64,000 nucleotides of DNA. It comes from Amphiscolops sp. MND2022. Lineage: Eukaryota. Position numbers and translations under genes: made by a program. Shown in pieces: positions 37,801-51,990 of the stretch; the first letter of the stretch is position 1; every line of letters begins with the position of its first letter. The notes beneath the pieces are model-generated. The model saw only the letters and a list, made by a program, of their open reading frames with translations. It was not told the DNA's origin and made no database searches. The stretch spans positions 30,318,001 through 30,382,000 of the forward strand of contig OZ076412.1 of NCBI GenBank assembly GCA_964187785.1, in the 5' to 3' direction.

Positions 37801-38400
37801 CGATATTTTGAAGAAAATGTGTATGAAACCCTAGCTTTTGGGCATTAATAAAAACTCCACTCATCGCCAACAAGTATATTGCCAGCAATTTTGGTTGATC
37901 CAACGATAACAATGGACGAGAAGCACTTTTTTGTGTCGACGCAAAGAAGAACACAAAGCGAAAAATATATACATGACCCATTTTTCCTATCGTGTGACAC
38001 GCCCGATGACAAACAAGTGTACTCATCTCCAAAACGAGCGCAAAAATTCCCATCCATCGTAATTGAAGTTCAAGAAGCGTAACTTTTTTCGTTTTTTTGA
38101 ACCTAAACTTTAATGTCTGGCCAATTTAGTTTTCTTTTGTTTCTTTTCAAAACCGAAAGAATAAATTTGATTTCCGATGCTATTTACAATAAACTTCATT
38201 ATTCTCTGAAATTGATGAATTAAAAAAAACGTTTTTAAAACAAGCAACACAATATATTCAGTGGGATTCACAGACACATACTTTCCGAGACAATCTTTGT
38301 AATAAATTCACAGGTTGTTGGTCTTGTCACTTGAAAATATTGTTGCAAGTTCTACAAATCAGGTTTATTCTGAACGATTTTTGAGCATCTCTATCAACGG
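30410..38400 (+). repeat. Tandem array of four ~2-kb units, each containing the pPolB 3' half plus downstream short ORFs
   Basis: Units start near 30410, 32440, 34455 and 36455, each restarting at the (F)GLDPAH region after the junction ...ATCAACG|. 30960-33030 and 32975-35045 are nearly identical (offset 2015-2016); units 3 and 4 are more diverged. Unit 3 keeps KLLNNSVFGKSME and LLYSDTDS in one ORF (35128-35568). Confidence 0.95.
31890..32093 (+). other. Short open frame (67 codons from TTG; first ATG gives MDEK...) directly after and in frame with the pPolB stop; repeated at 33905, 35924 and 37879
   Basis: LVDPTITMDEKxFxVSxxRRTxSExxIxxPxFLSCDTPDDxQxYSxPKRxQK…IxIExQEA is open and the same length in all four units. 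Confidence 0.4.
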
Positions 38401-41400
38401 AAATTGGAAACTGCTTGCAACCTTCATCTCGTAAAAATACTAATAGTTTTTTCTTCAATTTTGTTGATTTTGTATTGTGGTATGAGAATTGCTGAAATTC
38501 AAAATGTATACGAGAATTCCGTCCATTTCTCAGGTTTTCGACAGTCAAGAAAGGAGTCATTCAATATTGGTGTAAATCTCTTTCAGGAAACCATTAAAAG
38601 GTTGTGACATGGTGGATTTACAAAAAAGAAAAACTGTCGTTTTAGACAAAGTGTTTTTCTCACCGAATTGTAATTTTTTACCATTTATTATGGAGATGAC
38701 AACAGAGGGCAACAGAGGGCAACAACATGGCGAAGCCATGATCTTATTGACAAATTGTTTTGCAAGTTAAAAGTCAATCTCAGAGATTCACGTTTTCTTC
38801 ATTTTCATTGACATGTATTCAGTTGAAAATTTCAACGAAAAAGACGTTGCTAACTGAATAAAACTATCAAAAAGATATAACATTAGGTAGAATAAAACTA
38901 TAATGCGTTTTTTTGTACAAGTTGAACAATCATGCAACTGAGAAAAGACCTTTATGAGTACTTCCTCCACGTTTTAGAGTCAGTACCGGAAGAAATCACA
39001 AATAAATTGCAGAAATCTTTTGAAAATCAAAATCAAGGCTTCGAACACAAGCATCATTAAAATAGAGCAATTAATATTAATTTCTCGGAAAATTGGTTAA
39101 ACGAGTGCTTACATTAGACAAGCATTTAAAAGGAATTCAGATGAACAATAGTTGAAAACATTTGTATCCATTGAGTCCACTAGTACCAAACCACTGTCAG
39201 GCGAGAAAGAATTTCTAACTAGCGATGTCGTTTGCCATATGTGCAAATGCCAAAATAGCAACATGTCAACTGCCAACTACTTGAAGTAAAGCTTAAAACT
39301 TTACCTACCTAACAATTCATAAGTCAAAACCTAATGACCACTTTGATACCTCTTCCAGCTACCAGTAGTTTCAAATATTCAGCTCGTTCGAGGCAAATAA
39401 TATCAGTTCAAGTAAAGACTATCATCAGACTGATTAGAAAATGTGATTTAGAACAATTTTCAAAACATCAGAAGTCACGGTGATACTTGATCCAGCATAA
39501 AATTTCAAAAACTTCCAAATTGCAACCATGGAATTTAAGTAAAAAGTCAACTTGTTCACATTGATTTACCGTGGATACGTATAGTAAATAAGGATTGCAT
39601 TCAAGCTTCCCAAATCAAAAGTAACCGAACAGCAAAAAACATCGACAGTCAGCCTGCTATTTATTTTCATTACACATTTCTACAGTTCAGTGCTTTGAGT
39701 ATAGGGGCAAGGTCTGTTTTTCCCTTGAAAAAAAAACAGGCATTCTCTGATTTGCCTCCAAGCGTAATAACTGAAAAATGAAGTAACACTCACATTTTTA
39801 TATTCCTTTCATTGCAACAATACAGCCAAAACAATTAAATTTCATAAACTGGTGGCTCGCGCGCATTTCAAACGGAGAGAATAAAAACAACAATCCTGCC
39901 TATTCATACAAATTGCGAACAAACATTACATCGACATTGACAAAAACGTCCATGATGAAGCTAAGCATGAAAGTAACGTTCATCGGAAGCAGTACTCGAA
40001 GTTTCGCAATTGAGATTATGTTCGTCTGCTCCAAAATGAACGTCATCAAACAAACTGCTGTCTATTCCAATACAAAACTTCAACATTTAACAACATCTCT
40101 TGCTAATGGTAGGAAGAGTGTCTTCAAAAACCAGAGTTTGAGTTCCATGTCACATCTTGAAGAGGTGGGAGCTAAGTGGGAAAAAGTTAGAAGATATTGA
40201 GAAGTAGTCTGTAACCACTCAACAGAACATGTTCAATCTGTACAGCTGAAAAGTCCTGTTTTCACTCGATATCTTTTCAATTTCAAGAAGTTTCGTCTTG
40301 AAAGTCAAAGACAAGGTTGAAAAAATTAACATTCACAGTGATATCTCTTCCAACGCCAAATTGCAACAATCTGCATAAGTTGGTATTTGAGAAAGTAAAA
40401 AAAAACAAAGCTAAGTACAGTAATTGATCTCAAAAGTTTTCCGGAAAAACCTGCAGATGATGGAAACACCAACAACCACATTGATCCAATTGAAAGACGA
40501 AAATGAAACAAATAGTTGAGATATAAAACTGACATAATTCACTGCGATAATATTCCCACAGAGGACTACTCGGTCCAGTAGAGCCAACGGTCCTTTAAAT
40601 CTTTGTATAGTTCGTCGAATTTCGAAACGACAGTTGTACAATAAGTCCTCGAAATTTTAGGGAAGGCAAGTTAAAGGAAGATTAAAGCGCTAAAATGTCG
40701 GAAATTCAGATCAAAATTTCGATTCGGCAGAGATTACCTAAAGTATGTTTCACTGAAATGCTGCCAACATTATCCAGAGACAAGTTTAAAAATGTTATAC
40801 CGCTAAAAACTATGGAAGGTTAGACCAATGTATTTGTCAATTATACTTTCAGTTTCGTGTGTGTGTGGATACTACATGTATATTCTGACAAATGTATGCA
40901 GAAGATATAGAGTATTATAGCTCTAAATGCAGTGTTGCTCAAAGTTTTTTAAATTAACTGGAGAGTAGTAGTGTTTCATAGTTGTCAGTTTCATTGTTTT
41001 CCTTGACCTTTTTTTGATGTTGAACTGTGGTGATGATGTGTAAGCATGAAACCATCGAAAACACCGAGTACAAGGTTTTCGTATTGGCTTTTGTTACTCT
41101 AGTTGATAATTCATGAATTTAGACAAAGCAAATAAACAACCTCTATTAGTTTTGCTTGAGTTGTTGCTGTTTTTTTGGTTGATGCTTCTAGCGTGTTTCT
41201 CTTTCTCATGGATTGCTGAAGATGATTGCTGAAGATTGCTGAAGTTTTGAATTGGAATAGATATCACAATAATCTTCGATGTTATGGTTGTCTCTGAAAC
41301 ATTCAGAGTTAGAGAAATCAGGATTGAAAAAAATTGGTGTACTTAATTCATTTCAAAATCACTTGAGTTGTGAAGATTTCCGAAGATCGGTTTATAAAGT

Positions 41401-44400
41401 TATCCTAGAATGGCAAGTTTTGGAAAATGATCAGTTAAACACTTACCAGGCAGTTGTTTTTACTTCAGGGTTTTGTGCAATGACATGAAAGCTGTAACGA
41501 ATTAAATATGGAAGAAGCTGCCGACTTGGTTCATCATATTCATAAAACTTACAGTGCGGGAAAATACTGAAAAGAAACATCAAATTTTTTTGTTTTTTTG
41601 GAGTCTTACAGTGCCGAAATACTTTTTCTACAAAAAATCTATCAGTTCCACAGGATCCAAAATAATCAAAGGTCATTGTTTCTGCTAAAAATCAAGAGCG
41701 TGGCACGTTTATAAATTCAGAAAAAAATCATACAATGCCGAAAAACACCAAGGGGCCCTCTACATCGGCAAATATAAAATTTTTTGATTTAGTACGAGAC
41801 TCTAACCCAAGCTTCCTGCTTCTCTGGCCTCAAAAAATCCGGGTTAACCTCTTGGCCACGTGGCATTTAGAAGTTACTGTAAACTATTTACTGCTATAGC
41901 GGGCTTGTACTTCGTGAGCGCTGACTGAAGAAAAAACACGCTTGAGCATACGTAAGGATCTTAGTGCTTTGTGAGCCCCGACCGAGCGGGGTTAAATTTG
42001 AGACGGTCCATTTTGTGATAGCTTTCAACAGAAACAAAAGAATGGTTTTTTGTGAATGCCAAACAAAACGTTGAATTCACAAGTCAGGAACATTTTTTGA
42101 AATGACAGTTTGATGGTTTACAATAGGTTTCGGATAACAACGATACTTCCTCATTTCTTACTATTGGAAAACAGATTGTTGAGTTTTGCTTTAGATAGGC
42201 AAGATTCATTCAATTTGGACGGCTCTGCAGGGCAAGATAACTGATGGAACTTGGGCGCAGAGCGTTCACTGCTCGTTTTTTGTGATCGAAAATTAGAGCG
42301 ACAAGAAAAGTGGAAATCCAAGTCGAATGAGTGACCATTTCCATTATGTGGAACCTCGTCATCCTTCACTAAACGTAAAGGGAATTGCTTTGAGTACGAA
42401 GTGAAGCACTTTTGAAAACGGAAGGGACAAGTATATGAAAAAAGGAGTATATACAAGAAGATCAAGTATATGGAAAATCAGACAAGAAAAGTTGAAAAAT
42501 ATACAAAGCCCCTATCTAAAAAATTGCTGCATACAAACTTTGTATCTTTGATTCAGATAACTTTTGGAATAAGCAAAGTGAACACTTATTCTGAAAACGC
42601 GCCCCTTGAATATTCACCCATATCACATAACGCAGTCTTCTATTTTTGCTCAGTAAGAATATTGTTTCGAAGGTATTAAAACAGTTTTTGCTGTTCATTT
42701 TCCGAAAGTTAAAATTGAAAGTTGAAGAAAAGTGTCAAGGCTATAATGAGGGTTCTTCTGACCAGCCGTTTTTGAGATATCGCTTAGATTCAAAAAATCC
42801 AAAATTCCTCATCATGTTTAACTTTTCCGGATTACATTTAAAACAAAAAAATCGGTAATTTTGATCAAAATCTGAGAAACTTTCGCTCCTGGTACTTTTT
42901 AGTCAAACGCATGTCCTAAAGAAAATGTGATATGAGCTGTATTTGGCTTTATTTTTTCCAATGAAATTAAGCAGTTGAAACGAATATCTCCTAGATGAAG
43001 TCAAAACATTGGTTGTATGACTCGGCCTTCCTTCTTCCGATGTGCTTCCCTCTCTCCAGATCAAACTTCGTCAAAACCAGCCACTGGATCAGTAGTGGCA
43101 CGTCATTCCGCTTCACTTCTGGATTTAGGGTACTATCAGCATGGGAAAGTAGCTAATCTGATTCCCCAATTTAGATTTTAACTTGGAAGATTTTGACCTG
43201 ATATCGTGTAGTACATTGCGATGGTGTGGGGAAGTTCAACAAAATCTCTTCAACAAAGTAGAAATATCGACAGAAGTTGGAAAAAGCCCATTCCAACTTG
43301 AAGATTGTTGCCATGGAGTTACTTTTCGTGAAAATTGAAATATTTGGTCTGAAGAGGCAATAAAGAATGCCATTGATGAATGAATTTTTCGATACTTTGT
43401 TCTGAGAAAATAACTGCCAAATTACTGCAATTAGTTCGATTATTGATGTGAAGCACCGATCAATTTCAATAAATAGATTTTGTCACAGAAAATATTGCTA
43501 AGGCAGCGTTTTTCAAAACTCTTACACGTCATTCTCAAGTTTGTCGTTTCGAGTTACTTATGATCTTTTTTGTTTCAGTTCTGTCTTCAGCATACGCTGC
43601 AAACGAGTGGATCGAGAAGAATACTGCCAACTTTACATAAAATTATTCATTTACTTCATTTCGACTGCTTACATTGCCTATTGCCGTCACTGAAGTTTCG
43701 AACTAAAACAGAACTAAGTACCTGCATGGGGTTCTTTCTGAAAGACCATTTTATTGAAGTTTCTGGTGTCGTTCCTCTTACTCATCTACTAATATCAAAC
43801 GTCAGACAAGTAAAAATGCTTTGATCAACTGTTTTGTATTTCCCAACCAAAGCGTCCACATTCATCTACTTTCATTTCTTCAACTGATGAATCTAATGAA
43901 AAAACACGTAATATTGTTCTGAATGGAATTTCATATTTGAAAATGGAAAATCATTGCTTCAAATGACTTCAAATATCAGTTCAAAGTTTGTAAAAGATTA
44001 TATATGCATCTCAGATGCATATTTCTCACCTGCCCTTTTGTAAATATATTCACACGTGTTTTTAGTTTTCCCACATCCTGTTTTAATTGTTAAACACAAG
44101 TTTACCGAAAATGATTTTTCCTTTTCTAATACTTTTTTGATTGATGGAGCGGCCTGGTCAGCCGTAAAAAATCATGGCTCTTTTCTGTTTCCCCCTCCCC
44201 ACCACCAAAATTTTTGAAAATATCTTTCCTTAAAAACTTTAGACTTTAGACCTAATTAAAAGTAAAACCTTACTTCATAAAAGGAAGTTAACTTCCATTA
44301 GGGTAGTTTTCCGCGTGAACAAAACATTGTTCATACTTTTGACTATAATTTTGTTCGTATTAAGTGTTTATTGATGATTCAAAACGAAGCTGTTGATTTC

Positions 44401-45828
44401 TTCATCAAAAATGCGTCACGACATAAGTTTTTATCTGAATCCTAAACGGTCACCCTGAAAATAAATATATAATTGAACCTGTCTGGTTGGTATTCAAGTC
44501 TTTTTGTAATAAGATTTCCATTATTTTTCCAAACAGAAAAGAGCCAAGATTATAGCTATTGACGAGACAATCATAATGAAATTAATGTTTGGCCGAAAAA
44601 GACGTTTCCAATGCTAAATAAGCACACAAAGTGCTCACATCTGAGTCAGTGCAATGGCTTCTTTCGGTGACGTTTATGACGTCTCATCGTCCATCGATTC
44701 AAACTCCAACAGGTCCCGTTGACCTCGTATAGTAAGTAGTAGTTCTTGAATGAGTCTTTGAAGCACGAATGGCACGAGAAACGAAAACATAATTTACGAG
44801 GGCTTGAAGAACTCATTTAGTCAACGTGAATTCTTTTTCACCGCGTTACCACTTTCGTTGTTTCAACGTTTTCACAGTTCAACAAGGTCAATTCAAGATT
44901 ATTCCATGCTAATTGATTCGAGCTGATTTTGAAATTTTTGTTTTCCTAATTTCATTGATGCACGCAGGAACATAAATCGGTGCATCAAAGGAAAGTTTTC
45001 ACATGTTTCGTTCAACCGTTGTCACGATTTCGTTCATGCATATGGCATTGAAGTTTAGTAGTTGACTAAGTGTAATTACATAAACTTTACATAAGACCTG
45101 TGATTCACAACGTCAAAAATCAATTCGGATTTGATTTGGCTAATTTCGTTAATCTAAATCGTGAGAATATTTGTTCAATTGATTTCCACATAGTTTCTCC
45201 GCCTCTAAACAGAGATACAAACGAGAGGCACAGCGGCACTGTGGTATCTTTGGCCGTAATAAAACCTGCCTAATAGGCAAAATTTTCAACCATCCAGCCG
45301 CAATGGCTTAACGAAGAGAAAGTTCTAGAATTCTTTTATCAAATGAATGACTACACTTCCGAAAACTAGTTCATGCATATATGGTTCCAACAACATCGCA
45401 GATGAAAGAGAAACCATTTTCTCAAAAACGACCTACAAATAATATGCGAGGAGTATTATTAGCATCAGTAAGGTAGCGTTGCAGTTTTTGTTGAATGTCT
45501 TTCTTCTCTGAGTGCAATTCGAAAATGCAAAGTTGAAACGTAGGAAATACTTTTTAAAAATTTAATTTCACAGTGTCAGACAAAGCGTTGAAGACAGTTA
45601 CTTTGGGCGCCTTTCGAATTTTCAGAAAGTCTATTGGAAACGAATGGAAGCTTCAAGGTTAAATGGATGCAAACCCTTACTTTTTGTTGAAAAAAATTCC
45701 TCTATATCCGAACTTTGTTCGTTACATCTAATTTATCTTACAACCTGTTCAAGTATGAATTGATACAAAAGTTTGGCACCGAGTCGGTCCGATCCCACAT
45801 CGTCTTCCTGACGAAGTATTTGAAGACG

Positions 45829-46365
45829 TTAAGCCGGGAACGGCCCAAGTCGGCGCCATATCTGAGGCTCAAAAGTAGCAAAAAGATATCAAAGTGAAGT
45901 GTCACAAAAACTCAAAGCATCAAACGAACAAAAAACTCAATGACCGAACTGGCGCCCCGGGTGCCCGTTAGCACGGGCCCCTGGCGCGCTAAAAAGGGAG
46001 ACTTTCGGAATTTTATTCTGTCCCGAAACATCAAGGAAATAGAAGGGGACCCTTTGAGAAAAATGTTTTCTGAAAAAATAGTCTCACACTGCCGAAAAAC
46101 TGAAAGGAGGACCCTTTGGGATTTTTCAACACCCATTCTGTCGCAAAACATCAAAAAATTGCAGGGGACCTTTTAGTCTCGCTCTGTATTGTATGTTACG
46201 CTGAAAAAAGGAACAACCTTTATAGTTCAGTTCGCTGGACCAAATAGTCCAATTTGACACCTTAAAATTTCGTAGAACTTCAAAGAACTATTTTGATCAG
46301 TTCGGGTGGATTGAAAATAGTCACTAGTTTAGTCGCGTTTCACTTCATGAAGCGCCGACAAAAAA
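45829..46365 (+). repeat. Copy of the 4505-family dispersed repeat
   Basis: AAGCCGGGAACGGCCCAAGTCGGCGCC … GAAGCGCCGACAAAAA. Confidence 0.7.
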
Positions 46366-46814
46366 TCGAAAATGACGTGTATATAACAAATACATACGAT
46401 ATGCCAGTTAGTACATCTTTTTGTGAAAGTAGTCAATAAAGTAGACAAATTAGGCATTTGAAGGAATGGAACCCACAATCTCCTGCATACCGGCGCATGT
46501 AACTAACGAACAGACGACCCAGCCCACCCAAAAGCATGGCAAAAACTTTTTTCTGCGACAGGGATTATATTTCCAGATATTAAATATGGCCAAATGAAAA
46601 GTTTAGGTCTCTACCGTAATAAAAAAACGATTCCAACAAAATTAGGGAAAAACAAGAGGCTGAGAGATAAATTTTCCTTTCATATGGAATACAGCGGAAA
46701 ATGAAATAAAAAGGGTTTTCGAAAAAAATCTTGAAGCAGCAAGTTTTTTCTTCCGGTGACACTATAGTGGCCTTTTTCTTATAAGTTAAATTTATTTTGA
46801 AGTAAAAATACCCA

Positions 46815-46862
46815 ATAGCCTAGTGGGTAGAGCGTTGTTTAGGAAAGACGTGTTCGAAAACT
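46815..46862 (+). repeat. tRNA-like A-box/B-box remnant within a dispersed repeat
   Basis: TAGCCTAGTGGGTAGAGCG … GTGTTCGAAA; no full cloverleaf. Confidence 0.4.
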
Positions 46863-48115
46863 AGCACACTAATATTTTTTTCTCAAAATATCATTACAAA
46901 TAACGTTTTTCGATTTAGCGTACTTAGTTAATTCTTCCGGATACAATGTCGAAACAATCGATAAAGGGAACTTGTATTTAGCTTTTTTGCGCTTGTTTTA
47001 CGTTTAATTATACAGGACGGGATTTTGTATCTGACCGAACTAGAACTTTCAAAATGAAATTGCCTTTTCAGACAGACTCAAATTCACATTGGATTTTTTT
47101 TCGGTATTGTGAGACCTTATCTTTTCGACTTAACCGAATAGCTGTTTTATTCTCAATACTTTATCATACTTTGAACTTAGAACTTTTTTTGGCTCTGTGC
47201 GTTTTTTCCGAACTTTCATTTGGTCAAAGGGTACCCTTTCGCTTAGCGGATTTCGGCTTAAGAAAAGGTATTTTTGAGAAAAGGTATAAAAAGAAAACCT
47301 ATGGGGTTCTTTTTTCGGCACTATGAGATTTATCCGGAACAAAAATTGATTTTTTTGTGCTTCCAGTTGGGGAAACTGGTTTAAGAGTCTTATGCGTATC
47401 CTATGGAGTGATTTTCGGCACTGAAAATGTGATAAAAGTTCAAAAACAGTATCCTTTGTATATTCAAGAAACTTGAATGGGGCGTCGACTTGGGCTGTCC
47501 CACCCGCCGTGGTAACCACTAGGCCTAGTGGCAGTACTGTTACAGCTTTTGGAAATCTGTCAGTTCGCTGGTCTTTTAAAATACCACTACTATAGCCTGC
47601 GTTTTCTTCCGAAAGTGGCAACTAAAATTCAGATACTAAGAAAGGATAAACCTGAGTTTCTTGCCTGGTAATCAACCGAAGTCAGCAGTTTACCTATTTA
47701 ACACTCATTTTACTCACCTTCGCTCAAAATTAGAATAAAACAAAACATGTCACTTTGAGCGAGAGCAGCTGTTAGAGAACCATCATTTTGTCGCAGCAGT
47801 GGATACACAATGACTCCCAAAGATATTCATCTCACTAGGCATTAAGTAAACTATTAAGGTAGTTTATCAAGCTAACTAGACTGGCCATTTTGCCTAAGAT
47901 ATTTTTTGCAGTGAACAGAAATAAAAATACTCAACTTCACGACAGACAAGTTTCTTCTCGGTGCAAGGTGTTGATTTCAGAATAGATACCTCTGGTATAT
48001 AAAGAGGACAATCAAAATAGTTTCATTTGAAGAAAAATTAGGTTTGTACAGGTTTGATACACGTAATGACAAGTCACTCAAATTTAATAAAGCCCAAAAC
48101 ATTTTTCATAAAGAT

Positions 48116-49226
48116 CTAAGAAGAAATCTTAGAGACTTCATGAAAATATTGCGCAAACAATTGCATGCCATTGAAATAGTTGAATTTATCCAGCTTTTCG
48201 TTCTGCGAGTGCGGATTGTCGTCTTCGGCTCCCATAGGAAGTAGCAACACGCTTTTCTGCAACTCATTCTCCAAAGTGAGAGTTATGGGAATGCTTCCTC
48301 CAGCTCTCACAAGATCTGGCTCCACTCCGAACACAGATTTCATTGCTGTTCTGGCCGCCTTGTAATGGTCGTTGTTGAAATCAGTGACCCAAGCATCTTC
48401 GCTGCCATCTTCAGCCTCTATCACCATTTTATTCGGACTTTTCAACTTAGCGAACTCAGCTTTGACGTAGTCAAAAACAATTTGTTCGACCTTTTTACTG
48501 TCCATGTCAGGGACTAATCGTATGGAAAACTTGCCGATAACCTTTCTTGGAATGACAGTCTTGCTTCCGCTTTCGTGGAAAGCTCCCTCGATTCCGTGCA
48601 AAGACAAGCAAGGGTATCTCCATGTTGCCATCAGATAATCTTCCTTGGTTTTATGCATGAACTCGTAACAGCCTGTGCCTTCTTTCTGGGTCTCTAGTTC
48701 AAAGTCTATCAAGGGATAAACACTTTTTTCCTCCTGGGTGAGGGGAGCAACCATCTCGTCGATACCGGGAATCAGGATCCTACCTTGCTCGTCAACCAAT
48801 GTGGCCATAAGTCGCACCAATTCCGTCATGGCTTCGTGAACCACTCCTCCGTACATTCCTGAATGCAGATCCCGCTTGGCACACTCAATGGACAGAAAGA
48901 AGTAGCAGATACCCCGCAGACCGTAGTTCAGACACGGTTTGGTCTTGCTTGTCCAGTTGCTGTCACTGATGCAAATGAAATCAACGTCTTTGAACAAGTT
49001 GTTCTTCTCCTTTTTCACTGTCTCTACCAGTCCTTGGCTGCCACTTTCCTCCATGCCCTCGAAGAAGAGTCTCAAATTGACAGGCAGGTCTACTTGGCAT
49101 TTCTGGAATGCTTCAATCACATTTAACCAGCCCAGAACAGGTCCCTTATCGTCTGATGATCCTCGACCACACATCTTACCGTCTTCCTAAAACAACCTAT
49201 TTATTTTACCAAATAATTAAAATCAT

Positions 49227-49276
<50 letters not shown>

Positions 49277-50202
49277 CGTAAAGCTACAAAATAACAATTT
49301 GCCGCTAACAACCTACCTGAATTCATTCAAATCTTCAGGCCATAAAAAAGCTTCAACTTTTTGGAAAATGGAGCGAATTTGGTTAAAAGAAGATAAAGTC
49401 AGTAACGAATATTGATTATAGCGAAATAATTACGAGGCACAATTATAAAATGCCGACGTTTATAACAAATAAACGACGATTACAACGATCGTGGAATTAA
49501 CCAATCATGGTCATTTTTGCCAATAATCTCCTCACAGAGAATTGAACACTCAACCGTTTAAAACTTCGCGCGCATTTATTAAGCATAATTACAAATTCGC
49601 GTTCCATTATAAACTTTGTGAAAAATCTTCGTGTATTTCGGTTATAACAACAATTCTCAAACATTAGGACAGACTTGTTGCATTTTAATAATTTCATTCA
49701 ACAAACTTCGATTATACCAAGCTAAAAGAACATGTATCAATTCGTTTTTACGGGAGTTGACTGTATTTCATTGGGAAAAACTGATTTCACCAAGCGCACA
49801 AACTGAACGAAAATCGTAAAAGTAGATTGTAACCTTTTCTATCAGGACGAATGGTTCTGTATCCCATCCATCTGCCTTGGCGGCCGGCTGAACATCTAGA
49901 TGTCCGTAAATCAGAATGGTCTTTTTGTTTGGATCTTCTCCCAGTTTTGCACAGAGGATGGGCGGCAACTTCAGTCTTCCGGAACCCCCCGGCAGTTCTT
50001 GCTCTCCGATGTCTACCAGCTCCACTGAAGCCCCAAGAACTTCCAGCTCACTTTTCGCTTTGTGCACCATGCGGATGACATCAGGCCTGTGTTCCGGACT
50101 GGCCGACACGCTCGGAACTGCGACCCATTCTTTCAGTCGCTGCACGTACAAGTCCTCGTGAGATTTCAAATAGTTCAAGACTTTTTCCATGTTGTCAGAC
50201 AT
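48116..50202 (-). CDS. CNDP2: Cytosolic non-specific dipeptidase (M20A, CNDP2-like), paralogue A; exons 50202-49834 and 49186-48116; 479 aa
   Basis: Metal and catalytic motifs YGHLDVQPA, GRGSSDDKGP, EGMEESGS, ISD, DLHSG, SIRLVP, HSQNEK. Canonical phase-0 intron AAG|GTTACA … TTTTAG|GAA joins IEK-EDGKMCGRG. No signal peptide. Confidence 0.95.
49227..49274 (+). repeat. Compound microsatellite (AC)7(AG)17 in the CNDP-A intron
   Basis: Read directly from the sequence. Confidence 0.95.
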
Positions 50203-51298
50203 GACCTACAGCGAGTAAACATTCCTTCTAGGTGTCATGGTCGATATGAAAAATAGCACTTGGTACAAAAATCTGTTCCCAATATATGAGTGAAAATATG
50301 TACCTGTACTCAGTGATGATCTTATAATCAATGATTATAGTATTTTTTATAGTATATGCCATAATCAGTCAATAGTAGTATTCTATAATAGTTTTATTGA
50401 AAAACTGAGAGAATCGAATAATTTATTCAAAATAAATTGTGTCAACGCACATAACAATTAAACAAACGAGTTTTAACATTTCACGTCAAGATTCGGTTCC
50501 GTCGTCCAGCAGGCAAGTACACTGGTTTTGAAAAACTCTTTCTGCAACTGCTGGCGAAGGCAATACACCAAAAATATATTGGTCCAGCTTAGAAAAATGT
50601 CCATCCTTTTCTTGCATTTTGAAGAACCCAGTCTGTAATCCGATCGTAACTAACGCTATAATTCTTATTATAACATTCTATGATAGAATTCGCAATAAAT
50701 AGCGCAACGATTGATTATAGCTTTACTTATAGTCTACAATAGAATACTATATGATCATCACTGCCTGTACTGACAATTGGGTGGGAATTTCGGAGCATTT
50801 AATGGAAATGAAAACTATTTTTAAACCACAGCTTCTAGAATTTTCAAAACTTGTATCCAGTATCAGAGTTTTGACACCGCTAATTTACGAATTAGCGGCA
50901 GCGCAGGATTTTTTCAATGTTTTCATCAGCGATTCAAATTAGTGGCAACTAAAAATGTCAAAAAATCAAAATTTCCTTGGAATCTTAAACGGGGTTTCAA
51001 AATGAATTTCGAGAAATTCCAACACTTACCATTGTAAAACCCACACAGTATTTAAAATTCCACTTTTTTCCTGCAAAAACTAAATTATCAATAAATTTTA
51101 TAACACGTTTGAAGTCGAGCATTTGGAGAAAAACGTTTTCAGCGAAATTGCGAATTTGATATTAGCGGTTTAGCGATCAGCGAAAAAATAGCGATGCCAA
51201 AATGTTTTATGAAGGTACCAGGAGCAATGGAACATTATTGGAAAAGTCTGTGGAAATGCTCATTAATTTTTCATAGAAGTGTTTTTTTGGAATACAAA

Positions 51299-51990
51299 AC
51301 AAGCCGAGAACGGCCGAAGTCGGCACCCCACTCAAGGTTCAAAAGAGTAATGTTTCTTAACTATGCAAGGGACATTTTTGTCAAAAGTTTATCAAATTTA
51401 CAGTGCCGAAAAATGCCAAAAGGGATACACATAAAACTCGAACACCGCTTGTAGATCTTTTCCACAAACATTACACAGAGGCGAAGCGGTGCTTCGCAAC
51501 ACATGACGAAGACAACGATTATTTTAATATGCGTATATATATTATTTTAATCGCATGCGTATATATTCAACAGTTCAACTTTATTCAATAACGTCCTTAT
51601 GGCACAGTGATTAACACTTATGCCGCGCAATCGGGAGGCTGCAGGTTCGAATCTCTATGGGGTTTTGGCTTTTCTCTAAAAGGCGCTTATTATGAAGTTG
51701 GCTATTGTGGAAAAAAAAACTTTCTTAGCTGGACTGCAATGCACATTGACTTCGTAATGTGCAAAAACTCATCAGTTCCACAGGATCAAAAAATTCACAA
51801 AAAGTCTCACGTGCCGAAAAACGCAAGAGGGGATTTCTTTGGGCATTATCATCCAGTTGGGTGCAAAAAAAATTAAATTCCCAGAGAGGGACACTTTGGC
51901 GACATCAAAAAATTTCGGAAAAAACTCTCAGAACGCCGAAAAAAATCAGTATAAGCAAAAATGCCTTCTGAGTTGTCTAGTAACGAAAAA
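51299..51990 (+). repeat. Copy of the 4505-family repeat, interrupted by a tRNA-derived SINE-like segment (~51590-51725)
   Basis: AAGCCGAGAACGGCCGAAGTCGGCAC start with GTGCCGAAAA motifs. The insert has A-box TGGCACAGTGA, B-box GGTTCGAATC and an A-rich end. Confidence 0.6.

Noticed and set aside
38400-40640. Further Polinton genes (capsid, ATPase, integrase) downstream of the PolB array
   Set aside because: Some frames look like decayed coding sequence, but I could not identify any diagnostic motif.
47130-47621. 163-aa minus-strand ORF downstream of CNDP-A
   Set aside because: TTG start, no recognisable motif, and its 3' half runs through AT-rich repeat-like sequence. A small real exon cannot be excluded but is unsupported.
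47614-50955. AGTGGCAACTAAAA occurring on both sides of CNDP-A
   Set aside because: Only a 14-nt AT-tailed match in direct orientation with no extended similarity; insufficient for a transposon boundary or regulatory call.
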